A stretch of 34,276 bases of DNA, taken from positions 1 through 34,276 of IMG/VR virus record IMGVR_UViG_3300005764_000048; one strand, written 5' to 3'. Within the stretch, counting starts at the first letter, position 1. The number at the start of each line of letters is the position of its first letter. The notes under the pieces were generated by a model. The model had not been told where the DNA came from and made no database searches. It saw nothing but the letters and a program-made list of their open reading frames with translations. Below, piece after piece: positions 33,430-34,276 of the stretch. A program made the position numbers and the translations under genes. The stretch comes from a virus (lineage: Duplodnaviria; Caudoviricetes).

Positions 33430-34152
33430 ATGGCTAACGGCTCAAACAATATGATCCCCACTCCAGGGCTAATGCCGTCATGGCTTAGTAGTGGACTCGC
33501 GTCAAACACCGCGCAGCGCGCGCTCGCGCCGCGTGGCCTCGCGCGGCCCGGCAATCAGGGCACCGGCAAGCCAATTAGCGGCTCACTGAAATCGTTGAGC
33601 CCGGCGCTGTGGCGAACGCGACTGCGGCAAGCGAGCTTCAAGGGCGCGCCGTTCCATGTCGAGCAGCAAGGACGCACGTCAGGGCGTCGAGTCGTGAACC
33701 ATGAATATCCGAAACGCGAATCGAATTACTGCGAAGATATGGGTCTTCTGGCGCGACGCTATTCCGTCGTCGGCTACGTGATCCAGCGCTGGCCCGGCAA
33801 GATGATTGGCAACATGATGACCAATTACGACGAAGCGCGCGATCTTCTCATCACCGCGCTTGAAAACCCGGAAGCCGGAGTCCTTGTCGATCCGTACTGG
33901 AATCGGATCGGCCCCGAGCTTTATATGTGCGAGCGCTACGCGCTGACCGAGACGCGCGAGCGCGGCGGCTACGCGCAATTCGAAATGTCCTTTATCGAAG
34001 CTGGCGAGGCGGCTTTCGGAATGCTCTACACGAACACCGCGCAGAATATCGATCTCGCCGCTGCCATTGCGCAAAGCGACGCGGCTTCGCAACTCGACGC
34101 ACAGCAAAAGGTGCTCAACTCGCAAGCGGGCAGTCAGCAACTTTTGTTCTAG
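33430..34152 (+). CDS. DNA circularisation protein N-terminal domain (Mu gpN-like), short form
   Basis: WR.RLRQASFKGAPF.V, GRRVV.HEYP.R....EDMG, RD.LI.ALE....G.LV.P, F...F.EAG. Confidence 0.92.
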   Translation: MANGSNNMIPTPGLMPSWLSSGLASNTAQRALAPRGLARPGNQGTGKPISGSLKSLSPALWRTRLRQASFKGAPFHVEQQGRTSGRRVVNHEYPKRESNYCEDMGLLARRYSVVGYVIQRWPGKMIGNMMTNYDEARDLLITALENPEAGVLVDPYWNRIGPELYMCERYALTETRERGGYAQFEMSFIEAGEAAFGMLYTNTAQNIDLAAAIAQSDAASQLDAQQKVLNSQAGSQQLLF

Positions 34153-34211
34153 TCCCTCTCTCAGTTTGGATTTTTTGGCACGCGGGCGCGGCGTCCGCGA
34201 AAGGAGGAGTC

Positions 34212-34276
34212 ATGCCTGGAAAGATGAATCCGTGGGTCTTGAACAACGGACTCAATCAGCTACAAGCGACCGGTAC
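34212..34276 (+). CDS. Start of the next gene (3' truncated): MPGKMNPWVLNNGLNQLQATG
   Basis: Strong RBS AAGGAGGAG just before ATG 34212; open to the window end. Confidence 0.65.
   Translation, partial: MPGKMNPWVLNNGLNQLQATG

Noticed and set aside
24112-34152. Tailocin, eCIS or T6SS interpretation of the contractile module
   Set aside because: Terminase, portal, capsid and neck genes are contiguous with it, so it is a phage tail.

Overview
A GC-rich (about 60-65% by eye) segment of a tailed phage or prophage, almost all on the + strand, covering the packaging, head and tail modules. It has an HK97-type head: terminase large subunit C-terminus (1-1050), fused prohead protease-major capsid protein (9051-11585) and portal (13501-14946). 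The tail is Mu-like and contractile: sheath, tube, chaperone with a -1 frameshift, tape measure, gpP hub, gp45 spike and gpN. Gene order is unusual. Terminase and portal are about 12.4 kb apart, and the portal lies after the capsid gene, behind a methyltransferase and a TPR-glycosyltransferase. Between terminase and capsid sit a run of small accessory genes, an inverted two-gene cassette and the most striking element. That element is two large modular proteins (ParB-like plus HExxH metallopeptidase; GNAT) in which each enzyme domain is preceded by a [WF]DES[KE]HPR..G.F peptide tag. One of them also shares a Cys/Trp module with the N-terminus of the protease-capsid protein, and small possible partner domains follow the enzymes. 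I read this as a candidate tag-directed, head-packaged effector system (inference). No integrase, tRNA, rRNA or CRISPR array was seen. An alphaproteobacterial host is a guess from gene-family resemblance only. All family calls come from motif recognition by eye, not from searches.
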